Origin: Schmidtea polychroa | Taxonomy: Eukaryota | Length of the DNA stretch: 64,000 nucleotides | NCBI GenBank assembly: GCA_044892525.1 | Contig: CM097885.1 | Span: forward strand, 36,892,001-36,956,000 | Direction: 5' to 3' | Shown here: one piece after another, positions 14,149 through 32,649 of the stretch | Numbering within the stretch: position 1 is the first letter of the stretch | How the letters are laid out: each line of letters starts with the position of its first letter | The notes under the pieces: generated by a model | What the model was told of the DNA's origin: nothing | Databases searched by the model: none | The model's input: the letters and a program-made list of their open reading frames with translations, nothing else | Translations under genes and position numbers: made by a program

Positions 14149-17100
14149 TTATACCATTGTTGCCAGGGGACCTGAATGCAATGTGCGCATTCCCCCATAT
14201 CTTTCATCCGTTAGCCGGTATATGTCAAATTCGTTTACCCAATCGTCTAGGGTTTGTATTCTGAGTAATTTTTGCGTCCATAGTCTGCTTGACCTTGGAT
14301 CTTCAATCGCTTCGTACTCTTCTGGATTCGGGTTTTCTGTTGGAATACCATATTCGGAATTCTCCACTTGTGGCCATTTTTTTCTGCCTTTAGGTTTTTG
14401 TTTACATATTTTGGAGGTTCTTATCCATTGGATTATTATTGATGTTATCACTGCACTCATTATTGCGCTAGCGATCCACATCATTTTAACGGTTATCAGT
14501 GTCTTGTTGTTGAATTTTCCTGTCGTCATCATCATTTTAGTTTCTGTTGTAGTGGCCTCCTGTGTTTTATTTTTCTTGAGCATCTGGTATAACTGTTTCG
14601 TTTCTTCTGCCGTTAGATGTTCGTTTCCTTTTGGCTTTTCCACTTCTTTTGGTTTTCTGGTTGCCAATGGTATGTTTTTCAACCGTGGTCGTTGTCTGGT
14701 TATTGCTTGGCATGAACTTAAATCGCTTCCGTTTTTAAGAACGCATATGTGGTATCGTCCCTTTCTTTCTCCTATTGTCATTTTAACTTCTGCACCTTTG
14801 TCAAGTAGTGTTTCTATGCAGTCGACTATTCCTGTCCTGTTTAGTACACATACTCTTACTATTGGTTCTTCACCTTGGTTTCTGACCGTGATTACTTCTT
14901 CTCTTTTCTTGTTGAATTCGACATTTACTAGTACTTCTCGTCTCTCATCTTTGATCCATATTACTGTTGTGTTTTTCTTGGTTTGGTGCTGTCCTCTTAT
15001 CATTCCCGTACGGGATTGTTTCTGGGGTTTCTTAATTGCCGGTTTGATCCTTGGTTGATATCGTTTACTAGCCATACTTTTTGGCCTGCTTTTTATTTGC
15101 GCGGTTTTAACTGCTTTACATACCACTATTGCCTGGGTACCTGCGCATACCACCATGTTGGTGTTTGGTTTTACGTTTGTCCAAAAAAATTCGCGATCTC
15201 GTTTCATGTCCACCGTTATACATATGTCTTCGTCATCTCTAAAACATATTTGCGTTGTTGGCAAATTTCCTTTATCTATTATTTCGATACCTTCCATTGT
15301 AGCTTTAATTGCGACATGTACTCCGGTTTCGTTAGCTCTTTCCAATTCTTTTTCTTCTGATGTTATGTCTTCGCAAATGTTGTAGTCTCCGCATAATTCA
15401 GGTTCTCCATTTTGACTATTGAAAATCCTCCCTTTTGTTATCGTTCTAAAATCACAACTTACTCCGGTTCCTTCCATCAATTGGATGCATATCCCGACCG
15501 CGTTTCCGTCGTTGCCGCTGACTTTTATCATGAATAGTTCGCCTTCTTTCAGATTTCCTCTCGTAATTCGCGTATTTTTCGTTTCTGTTAGGCAAATTGA
15601 CGTTAGTATTATTAGGATAATTTGTAGTAGGAGTGACTGGTTTAGATTCTTCCGCATTACTATGTTATGCAGTGGGGACTTTCGTTTGTCGTTCTCTGTT
15701 TCATTATGTAGGTTGTCATCACTTTGGTCTGAGTTGTCCTCAGTATCCTTCAAGTCTTCGTCGTCATCTTCTGACTCCTTGTCTTCTTTATTATCTCGTT
15801 CGCCTGAATTCCCATTTATGTTGTTCCTTTCATGGTTCCCGTCGTCTTCCTCATTTTTGTCGTTATGGTCTTTGTCATTTTTTCCACTCCGGCCTTTTCC
15901 AAAAATGTCGTCTTCGACATGTGATGTTTTGATCATTTCTTCGTGTTTATTTAAATGACTATTCTTCAGTGATTCTCTTACTATTGTCACTTTTCTATTG
16001 GATGGCCATGGTAATTCTTGTTCACATCTGATTCTCTCGTATTCACCATATTTTGATATCAACTCCGTTGTTCGTTTATATTCAAATCCCATAATCTCAG
16101 TACCCCGTACGTCTTTGACAAACTGTTTCATTAGCTGCGGCCATCTTTCCCTAAATCTGTTAATATATTTCTTCGTTTGATCGATTGCTTGTTTTACTAA
16201 GATTATTTGATTTTCCTTCATAATCTTTCGTTCAATCTTTTCTATTTCTGGTTCCACTTCATTGTTGAATATCTGTTGGATTTTTCTCAGTATTTCCGTT
16301 ACTGATTCGTTGTCTCTGTTTTTCTTTAAGATTAAGATATTAACTTCGTTTGGCCATATCATCACATCTACTAAATGTATGCTCATTTTAACTTTATAAC
16401 CATTGTCGTATAGCTGTTTATTTTTATGACTTGTTCCCATCTTTTGTTGTACCCAATTATACAGTTTATCGGTATTTGTTACTTTTAATTCAATAATCTG
16501 TATCTGAGTTTCAGGGTGTTGAATACTTACTTGGTATTGATCTGGATCAACTTCTTTCAATTTTCCTTTATATTTCGTCACCAAATCTTTCCATGTTGCC
16601 GTTAATATATCTCCTTCCCACTGGTATGCTTGAGTTATCAGTTTTATACATTTTCTGTATGTTGGTTCGTTGATATAGCTCTCATTTCGTTCTCTTTCCG
16701 ATACCGTGTCGGAAATTTCCTCAAATATTTCCTCATCGTCATTTTCTATCAGTGATTTCATATCGTCGCTCTCACCCTCTTCGTTATTTTGAGGTGTTCC
16801 TTGTTCATTATTTTCATCACTTGATTGAGATAATGCACTTCTCAGACTACTCATCGTACTTTTCTCGTCTTCCTGGTCCGTCTGATCCTTCTGTATTTGT
16901 CTCAGCATGTTTATATTGGCTCTGTTACTTGGTTCTTTCTTTTCGAACCACTCATTTTTCCTGAACCAGTTGTCTTTTACTTTTTCTTTTACTTGCTCAT
17001 CCGTTAAATTTGGTTCTTCTCTTCTAATTCTATCTTCAATTTTTTGTAGTAATACCCTCTGAATTCGATTCTTTGTAACAATCTCGTTGCTTTTTGGTTC

Positions 17101-19089
17101 GTGCCCTGTTTCATCACTTCTTCGTCTCTTTTCTTTTTCCTCTTTGGTGAACTCTTGTATTATTTTTATTTTATCCTCGCTACTCAGTTCTGTCAATTGC
17201 TCCGTCAATTGATGTGACCCATTTTCTTTTATCGCTTTCGTCTCGTTGATTACGGTTATATCGCTCCCTTCCTTGTTAACACACTGCTCCGCAGTGTGCG
17301 GTTCCCCTTTGTTCATTGATCTCATCATATTTATTCTTCCGGTGTTGGTTTCTCGCTTTTTCCATCTTTTTTGAATTTCTCTGGCTTTTTCGTTTAGTGG
17401 TCTCTGCCCTTCGATTCGTTGCTGGTCTTGTTGTTCTCTTGTTGGTCGTTTCCGGATATCCTCTGGTATCCGTTGGATCATCTTTTTCAACTGTTCAATT
17501 TTCTGCATGATGTTGATTTGTATATTTTGACTTGGATCGTTTGCTCTTGGTTGATTATGTTTTGTCTTCATCGCGCATTCTCTCGCCACATGTCCAAGTT
17601 GGTTGCAACTGTAGCAGGTTCTAGTCCTTCCTTCTCTCATCGACATCATTGGTCCTCGGCATATATTTTCTGTGTGACCCCTTTTACCGCAATTTTGGCA
17701 CATCCTTGTCTTATAACACTCGTTGCTCCAATGTCCTAGTCGTTGACATATGTTACACTTCCGATTATTGTTCTCGTTGTTCCTGAAATTATTAGTATAA
17801 AATTGAATATTACCTCTGTTATCTGGATTTGTCATTTTTGGCGCCTTGAACAACTGTTGCGATTCTGAGATAAATTGATTCATTCCTAGATTTCCATTGT
17901 TGGTTTGATTAATTTCGGTTGTCGTTGTTGGTGTTGTAGCTATTGGTACTGCTGCCATTGCTGCTACTTGTACTGGAGTCAAGTAGTTTTCACATTTATT
18001 AGCGATTTTTAATGCTTCCTCGAGCGTGTCTGGTGCTCGGCACCCCACTGTTGCTCGTATGTCCTTTCTTTTCATACCCTCTACGAATACGGCTATTATC
18101 TTGTCTTCCGGAACTGTTTGATTTGAATCGAATGCTTCTTTTGCCAGTCGTCTTAATTCACATGCATATAGAGCGTTTGACTCATTGTATTTCTGCTTTC
18201 GATGCAGAAAATCCAACATTTTGCGATTTCCTTCCCTTTTGCTACTGAATGTTTTTATTAAAAAATTCTTTATTGATTTCCATGTTTTTAGTTTTGTTGC
18301 ATCACACTTTGCTTCTAAATATACATCTTGTGCACTTCCTCTTAAATATAATGGTATTCGCTCTCGTACGACTATGTCTGGCCAGTGACATATCGTAATA
18401 TATACCTCGAATTCTTTTATAAACGTTTCTAGTTCATTAATATTCTCATCGAATGGTTCTCCTCGAAATCTTTCTCTAAATTCTCCAACATTGACGTTGA
18501 CATGGTTTATTTCGGGTGTGTATGTCGACTCTGACCCATTCGGGTTGTTCACTTGGTTTCCGTCTAACATTATATCTCGACACAAACTTGTTATGCCTGA
18601 ACTACTATCTTCCTTGTCTGTTGGTTTGATATCAGTTACCGGATATAATTCGTTTCTTTTAATATCGTCGCTGTTTTCACTTTCGTTGGTTAAGCTGTCT
18701 GATTCAAATAATGTTTTCACTGACGCTGGTTTCTTATTGATTCTTCTGTTTCTCTTGGCTCTTTGTCTCCCTGCGTTTCCTAATAAACTAGAGCCTCCTT
18801 TGCTCTGCGATCTCGTTCGATTGGCTTGATTATCAATTTTTCTTGCTTTAATAATCTCTTTTGAATTTCACTGTGTTTCGTTGGCCAACGCTTTAATTTT
18901 CCTCTTGTTATTTAATTTGACTTTGTTTACCTTTCTTCTATCCTCGTTTGATTCTCTTGATTCCTTAGTTGTTTTCTTTTGAATTTTTGATTTCTCTTTA
19001 TTTCTCTTGAATTCTTGGCTTGTATTGACTTCCTTCTGACTTATTGATTGACTTATTCTAAAATAATTAACACTCCTAGTACATATCAT
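14149..19089 (-). CDS. Gag-like polyprotein fused to a type I membrane protein module; one in-frame TGA at 18868-18870
   Basis: Capsid-like region (LETFIKEFE...PLYLRGSAQDVY...RKQKYNES..YACELRRLA...FVEGM) and three CX2CX4HX4C knuckles (~17576-17760). These are followed by a hydrophobic signal-like segment, Cys repeats, a TM helix and a basic stop-transfer segment. ORF 18868-19089 is in the same frame as the 1523-aa ORF, whose annotated start is a GTG. Confidence 0.85.
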
Positions 19090-22000
19090 AATATTTTATT
19101 CATTTTATCCTACCCTTCATTTATTTCCCTATTTTCTTTATTTTATACTACTCTTTACTCATTATTTCTCTCGCTGTTCCTTTTCTAATTGATGGTACGC
19201 TTTTACTTTTTGCTACTCACCCCCCTTTGAATTTAAGTCCATTTTTAATTATCTATAACTCGTATGAATTATCTATATCGTCGTATCAATTATCTATCAT
19301 ATAATCACAACATCAATTATATAATTAAAAAATATATATCATTAGTCATATACATATAAAACTCATCAGTAACTTAATCTCTCTTCGCTTTTCCCCATTC
19401 AAAAATTTGGTTTCAGTTTCTCTTGCGCTCTATCATAATTTTCCTTTACTCATTACATCTTTGTCGCACTTAATCTATTCAATTTAATCAATTTCATCTT
19501 AATCGTTTGTTTATAGTTAATCATCAATGCTTTGGTTTGCGCGATCTCTGCGTCTACATTTATTTACCATCGGCTCCCTGGCCGGTTTAATCAACTCTCT
19601 TATTTCATTTAAATCATTTATTTTCATTCAATTACCATCGGCTCTCTGGCCGGTTTAATCAACTCATTTTAATCTCATGAAGTCTTTTATAATTCACTAT
19701 CAACCATCAACGCTTCGGTTTATTAGACCTCCGCGTCGGCATCGGCTTCCGGCCGGTTTAATCATATTTTAAACTTTGAAGTCTTTTACGACTCCTAGAC
19801 GCCTGGGTTCTTACACCGTTACGCCATATAATTCACTATCAACCATCAACGCTTCGGTTTATTCGACCTTCGCGTCGGCATCGGCTTCCGGCCGGTTTTA
19901 TTATACTTTTAATCTTTGAAGTCTTTTACGACTCCTAGACGCCTGGGCTTTTACACCTTTACGCCGTATTCGCGGTCTTCGGTCCCTGACCGGTTTCAAA
20001 TGCCCTAAATGAGGTTTCTTCAACCCCCAGACGCCTTCAGTTTTTACACCTACTATCGTCCCTACCGCGATTAAATTGAGTTGACAGTTGACTTTCGGAC
20101 CAATTAAAAATTTAAGGTTCCTCCTACTCAAATTATTAATCTGCTGAGGCCTCACAACTAGCTCAATTCTTGGCCGCCTATTGAAAAGAGTTTAATACCG
20201 GTAACCCTAATCTCATCGCCGTTTCACTGGGCCTATCGGTACTCGGTGTGGGCATCCGGGTTTTGTACCGACCCCTGCTAGCAATAATCACGAAGAAAAA
20301 AACATCCTATCTATCAGGATTTAAAAAACACGGAAATGCCTAATCGCCTCGATCTTGATTCTCAAAAGTGATGAACCAGATCTCCCGACTAGTGAAGATA
20401 AAAGGAAATTGGATATGCAGTTGACTCTCGGTCTCCCGCCTCACAACTGGTCCAATCTTGGTTGCCTGTTGAGTACGAGTCCTTTACCGGTTGACCCGCA
20501 TCTCACAACCGTTTCACTGGGCTCCTTAATACTCGGTGTAGGTAACTGGGTCTCTCTTGCTCGCTACCCTTCCGGGTTTTTGTATCAAGTCCCGCTAGCC
20601 AATCAAAAAAAAATGCACCCAATACTCGGTGTGGGTATCCGGGTTTTTGTATTGGGTGATCCAGCATCATCAGTCCCTTGGCTGATAATCTCCTGGACAC
20701 TACAGTCCGGTGGTTAGCCGCTGTACTCGGGTGCCTCATCACTCGCTAGGGAAAAATTCATATCATCCGATTTGAAGTCCAAAAACGGTTTCTTCAAATC
20801 CGCAGCTGCTCTCGGATAATTAAAATTTTTATCTTTTGGTGCACCTTTTCAATTTTTATTTTTTATCTTTTTCTTTTTATTTACCCTTCTAGTTTGTCCT
20901 TGTCTCCCAAATTCAAAAAATATAATAATCGCGTTGGTTCATTTCCCACAAGTGGTGATCAGTCACTCGACAGAAACTCCCCAACATTTGCGATGGGCCC
21001 TACTATACTCTTCTCATCAAGGTGATCAGGATTTCCCCATCCGGGTAAGCATCGTAGGGACGATATGCTTCTCATCCCCTTATGGTCCTGTCTCTCTATG
21101 CCAAAAATAAAAAAAAAAAAACAGGAAAAAAAAATGGTAATCGTACTGATCTTATAGATCAGCTCACACTTGATGCGATCCCAGCCAGTTCTGTATTTAA
21201 TTCACGGCTTTCGCCAATTTAATTTGTGTGTTGCTTGTCTATTTATTTAACGGCTTTTGTGTATTTCATATGTCTATGTTCATCGTATGTTTTATACCTT
21301 TCGGTTGCTATTATGGAATTAATTTTACTAACATTTTACTAACTCACACTCGGCTGCAATTCATTTCATCATCTTTAATTTTTCTACATCTCCCTCAGGG
21401 AGGTACACTACTACTCTTTCTCTCATGTTTGCGTCACATACATTACAATCGCTTCAGTTTCAATGCACAATCTTGGCCATAACATAGATGTCCGCAAGGT
21501 ACCATCATTATTTTTATCTCGTTGCTTCTACACACACAACATTTGAATTCATTATCGATCGCCTCTCTTATCGCATCTTCAACCGTTTAAATTTTTATCT
21601 TTAATTCTTGCCATTTGATGTTAAATTTGGCCTTATCTAAACGTAAATTCTGAATCTGATATACTCTTTGAGTAGTTAATTCCACATTTGGTGTAGCAAT
21701 TCTCATCATTATACACAATTCATCATCTACTGGTCTTGGTTTTAAGATCAGCCCTTCTTGAGTGTTTGCCAACTGCTCTGCTTTTCAATTCAATCTTTGT
21801 AGTGAGTTGTTAGTTAAATTTACGAATTTTCAAGTTTCTTTATAATGTAGCCGGTTAATTCCATCAAGTTATACTTTATTAATTCAGCATTTTATTAAGT
21901 GTTCTTATTCCCCTTTAATTAGCTTACCTCTACACATTTATTTCCTTATTCAAATTATGTAAGTTCAATAGCTGTTTTACCCTGTTAGTTTAGGCTCCCA

Positions 22001-22634
22001 ATCCATTAAATGATGTTCCGCGCATTCTTATCCGTTCCATCTAGTTTATTATCTTAGTCTACATAACCCTTTTGATCCCAGCTTGTCCATAATTTTAGTC
22101 ATTTTATCAAATACTCAATATACCCCTTTAATCTTTAACGTAGTTTTACATCTTCCCCCTATTTTTAATTAATTGCATCATCTATCTATTTCTATTTCGC
22201 AATTCACTGTTTTATGCTTTATCCCCTTTTTCTTTATACCGTTATTTTCTATTCCCCCCCTTTTCCCTATTTTTGAATTTTTTATTATTTTCTTATATCC
22301 AAAGTATTAGTTGTTTATATTTACAATTTTTATTATTTTTGATTTTTATTTCATTTCTTACCCATCAACATTCTGTCCCATCAACACGGAACGCTCATAC
22401 ATTATTCTCATACCCAGTTTTATCGATTTTCTATATTTACATAATTTAAAACATTTTATTCATCATGTACAACATTCAACATTCATTTTGATCATACACG
22501 CATATTCACACATCATGTCTAGTTATTTGAGAAAACAATCTTTCTTACTCTTGCATAAAGCATTTCATTTCCTGATCAAAAAACTGCTATGCATTCCCGT
22601 CTACTTACAGGTTCTTTACCAAGAAAGTTTAAAT

Positions 22635-22652
22635 ATCCCGGCTGAGCCCCCA
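22635..22652 (-). promoter_or_regulatory. Primer-binding site complementary to tRNA-Pro 3' end
   Basis: Minus strand TGGGGGCTCAGCCGGGAT, 16/18 to the MLV tRNA-Pro PBS TGGGGGCTCGTCCGGGAT; 8 nt inside the 5' LTR. Confidence 0.85.
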
Positions 22653-22660
22653 AATTTGTA

Positions 22661-27546
<4,886 letters not shown>

Positions 27547-30500
27547 CTAGATAATTTTTTTCAATAATTTTCTAAGAATATTTACTCATTGATGAACTTT
27601 TAAAACCTAAGCTAAGAAACCAACTTTATCAATGACTTTAAATTTACTTGATAATTATTGTAGGATATAAAGAAATTTAGTTTGCTGTTATTGCTTGAAA
27701 ATGATTGGCTGAATCGATGAAGAATTATGATCAACCAATATATATCATCTCTAGTTAGGTATTTGATGGTAAATATTTGTAGAAAATTTTAGTAAATTTT
27801 GATCTTTTAGAGGGCTCTTATTATTTAGCTTCTAAATTATTTCAATGGAAGAATGCCTGGTGTTTATGAAAATTCATTTTTTTTTTTGAAGAATTCTTTA
27901 AGGATTTTAAGAGGATTGACTGAATTAAAGGAGGATTCAAGTGGGTAGAATTGAAGGATATATTTGGTTAGATGTTTAAAGAGGTAGAAATATTTAATAA
28001 GAGATCGATTAAGATGGGAAAATATGATCTTTTAAGGGAGATATAGTCGGTTAGATTTAATTAAGGATGGGTTAAGATGGAAATAGATCATTGTAAGGGA
28101 GATATAGTCGATTGACTTTAATAAGAAATCGATTAAGATGGGAATATATGATCTTTTGAGGGGATATAGTCGGTTAGATTTAATGAGAGATCAGATAAGG
28201 TAGGAATATATCATTGTAAGGGAGATATACTCGATTGAATTTAATGAGAGATCGGATAAGGTAGGAATATATCATTGTAAGGGAGATATAGTCGATTGAA
28301 TTTAATGAAGGATGGGTTAAGATGGGAATATAGTCGGTTAAATTTAATGAGACATGGGTTAAGATGGGAATATATGATTTTTTTAATGGCGATGTTGGTA
28401 AAATATCATTGTTTTAAGGGAAATGTCAATTAGTCAGTTATGTATCAATAATAATTATATCGTTTTATTAGGTTGTGATTAATTCATTGTATATTAATTT
28501 AGATTTATGTTTTAGAACAATGTTCTATTAAGTAGGGATAATGATCGATTTACTTGGTTTTGACGATGAAAACTTTCAGATAAATAGGATTGATATCAAC
28601 TTTAAATTATTTTTATCTTTATTTAGACAGACAACGACAAAAGTTGACCATTTGAAGAAATATATTTTATTGAATGGATAAATTTAATCTTTTAATGGGA
28701 CCTAGTCAGTTATATTTATTTTAAATTTCGAGTACAGTGATTAACAAAAATTTAATTATAACCGGTTTTATCATTAGATTTTATCAATTATTTAGGGTTA
28801 ATGACCAAATTATTTTACATGTTTTATAATATTCGTGATAATAGGAATTAAAGTCATTTAAAGGGGATTTTAAGCAATCTTATTAGTCTGAGGTAAATAT
28901 ATAACCTTTTAAGGATATTTATCGATAAAATACTAATCTTTAAAGATAGTTATTTCAGGGAAATTTGATGCTTTTTAGATGATTTTAGTGAAATATTTGT
29001 AATAATATGGATTAAGGGTAGAAATATAGTCATTTAAGAGATTTTAAGGAATCTTGTTAGTTTGAGGTGAATATATAGTCTTTTAAGGGTACTTATCATT
29101 AAAATATCAATCTTTAAAGATAGTGTTATTTCAATGAAATTTGATGCTTTTTAGATGATATTTGTAATAATATGAATTAAGGATAGAAATGTAGTCATTT
29201 AAGGGGATTTTAAGGAATCTTGTTAGTTTGAGGTGAATATATGATCTTTAACAAGTACTTATCATTAAAATACCAATCTTTAAATATTGATATATTTCAG
29301 GGAAAATGATTCTTTTTAGATGATTTTATTGGAGAATTCACTTGGATATACCAATTATTGTCATTTAAATGAATTTACTGGTTTGTTAGATGCTATCATT
29401 AGTTATCTAGTCTCTTTTGGAATTTAATGATAATTATTTTTATTGTAGATTGCTGACTTTGATAATTGTAATGCATTTATACTGATTTTTTGAATATTTT
29501 GAGCAATCAGTCAATCAATTTGAGTACATGTATTACTTTTAAAAAAATAATTAAATTTAATTTTATTTCAATTAATTTATTCAATCTAAATCAATTATCT
29601 ACTAGATCTTATTTCAAAATTCTTATTAATTTATTATCTTAGTTGATTCATATTAACTTGAATGATCAATGACTAGAATTTAAAGTTCTTTCTTGTCTAT
29701 TAATTATATTTTTTTAATTTAGTATATTTTGAATAATTTAAATTTTTACAATAATTTAATCAATTTTTACCAAGTTATTGATGCCTTGAGTTCAAATATC
29801 TTAAAAGTGCCTTGAGTTCAATTAATTTTTCATCTAATTTTTTCAAGTGATGAGTATTTGCTTTTAAAGATCAATTTGTTAGTACATAGTTGTTGGTTGT
29901 AAGTAGTTGGTTGTTAGTACTTGGTACTTGGTAGCAGGTATCTGGTTGTAAGTATCTAGTTGTAGGTTGATATTTGTTAATTTCTCGATGGGTTTTGATG
30001 GTGGTTGTTAGTACATGGTTGTAAGTGTTTAGTATTTAGTTGTTTGAAACCTAGTGGTTAGTACATGGTAGCTAATTAATGAGTAGGTGGGGATTGAGAG
30101 TGATCAATACCCCTACGACTAGTACCTTTACGACCAGTACCCTTACGACTAATACCCTTACGACCAGTACCCTTACGACTAGTACCCTTACGACCTGTAC
30201 CCTTAGGGGGTCAAAACATCCTGTCGGATAAACTCAGAGTATATATAATAAAACTGATCAACAATAAGTATTTATTGAATGCTATTTTTACTTTGCAATA
30301 ATAAGTCAGTAGTTATCATTTAAAAGAAGAATGTTTTGTAAATTAGAATTCATTAGTCTTTCATTGTAATTATTTTGAATTCCACGTGGTGATGAGTTGT
30401 GGTTTTTTGATGAAAATCAACATTTTTGTTAAATTTGAAAAGGTTTTTCTAATGATTGTAATTAAATATATTTTTGAAGATAGATAAAAAATTAATTTAA

Positions 30501-30659
30501 AAAGCATTTCATAAAATACAGTGAAAAATATTTAGTAGTTAGTTGTAAGTATCTGGTTGTTTGAGAGTTAGTTAGTACGTGGTATCATGTTGTAAGTATT
30601 TGTTAGTAACTAGTTGTAAGTACTTAGTATCAGGTAACTGGTTGGTTGGTAACTGTTGA

Positions 30660-30765
<106 letters not shown>

Positions 30766-32649
30766 CATTTAAATTTCCATTTAAATTTCCATTATAAATT
30801 ACATTTCTCAAAAAAGTTGGTGGTTATTCAATCTTTTGATAATAAATTTAAAAATCTTAGTTTAATTTACTTAGTACATTAATTATTTAAAAATTATTAC
30901 TTTAATTTACTTATTTAATTTAAAATTTGAACCTTAATTTACTTTTTTAAAAATTATTACTTTAATTTACCTAATTATTCTTTATTTCTTAATTTTACAC
31001 CATAATTTACTTAACAACTAATTATAACCCTTATTTTCATATTTAACCAATAATTTCATGTGGTCATCTGCTTGTAAGTGCTTGGTACCTAGTTGACAGT
31101 GCTTATTACTAGGTAAGTTACTTGGTTGTTAATACTTGGTATCTAGTACCTGGTTGATGTTGGTTGTAGGTACTTAGTAGTTGGTAGCTAGTTGAGTGTT
31201 GGTTGTAGCTAGTTAATGGGTAACTAGTTGTTAGTAACTAGTTGTAGGTACTTGGTAGGTGGTAGTTAGTTGTTAGCTGGTTGTTGTTGGTTGTTAGTAC
31301 TTGGTTGTTTTGATTGTTAGTACTTGGTAGGTGGTAGTTAGTTGTTAGTACTTAGTAGTTGGTTAATAATGCTTAGTAACTGGTTGTTGTCGGTTGTAAG
31401 TACTTGGTATCTAGTAACTAGTTGTAGGTATCTGGTTGTTAGTAACTAGTTGTAAGTACTTGGTATCAGGTAACTGGTTGGTTGGTTGTTAGTACTTAGT
31501 ATTTAGTTGGTTGATAATGCTTAGTACCTGGTTGATGTTGGTTGTGAGTGCTTGGTATCTAGTACCTAGTTGGTTGGTTGTTTTTGGTTGATAGTACTTG
31601 GTATCTAGTTGTAAGTATTTGGTATCAGGTAACTGGTTGTTAGTATCTAGTTGTAGGTTGTAGGTACTTAGTAGTTGGTTAATAATGCTTAGTAACTGGT
31701 TGTTGTCGGTTGTAAGTACTTGGTATCTAGTACCTAGTTGGTTGGTTGTTAGTAACTAGTTGTAAGTACTTGGTAGCAGGTAACTGGTTGTTAGTATCTA
31801 GTTGTAAGTACTTGGTAGTTAGTTGATGATGCTTAGTACCTGGTTGATGGTGGTTGTAAGTACTTGGTATCTAGTTGTTAGTAACTAGTTGTAGGTAATT
31901 AATGCTTAGTAGTTGGTAACTGGTTGTTAGTATTTAGTTGTTTGAGACCTAGTTGTTAGTACTTGGTAGCTAGTTAATGGGTAGGTGGTTGTAGGTACTT
32001 GGTATCTAGTTGTTAGTATCTAGTTGTAGGTATCTGGTAGCTAGTTGGTTGTTGGTACTTAGTAGGTGGTATCTGGTACCTGGTTGGTTGCTTGTTTTTG
32101 GTTGTTAGTACTTGTTAGGTGGTTGTAGGTACTTAGTATCAGGTAACTAGTTGTTAGTAACTAGTTGTAGGTACTTGGTATCTGGTAATTTGTTGTAGGT
32201 ACTTGGTTGTTTGAGAGTTATTTAGTACGTGGTATCTAGTTGTAAGTACTTGGTAGCAGGTAATTGGTTGTTAGTAACTAGTTGTAGGTATCTGGTTGAT
32301 TTTGGTTGTTAGTAACTAGTTGTAGGTATCTGGTTGTTAATACATGTTCGTAAGTTACTGGTTGTTGGTACTAAGTTGTTGGTTTGTTGTTGAATTATTA
32401 TTAAAATTTGTCTTTGAAAAATATTTCATAAAAATTTTCATTAAAAATTATCTTAAAAATTTCCATCTAAAATTATCATTGAAAAATATTTCTTAAAAAT
32501 TTCCATTAAAAATTAACTTAAAAAATTATTCCATAAAAATTTCCATTAAAAATTACCATTGAAAAATTTTTCATAAAAATTTTCATTAAAAAATTTCAAT
32601 TCTCAAACACCTTCTATTATTTCAACTTTTTGTTAATAAATTTTAAAAT

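Noticed and set aside
14183..18829. Plus-strand hydrophobic ORFs opposite the Gag ORF
   Set aside because: Antisense shadows of an A-rich coding frame, with no motifs.
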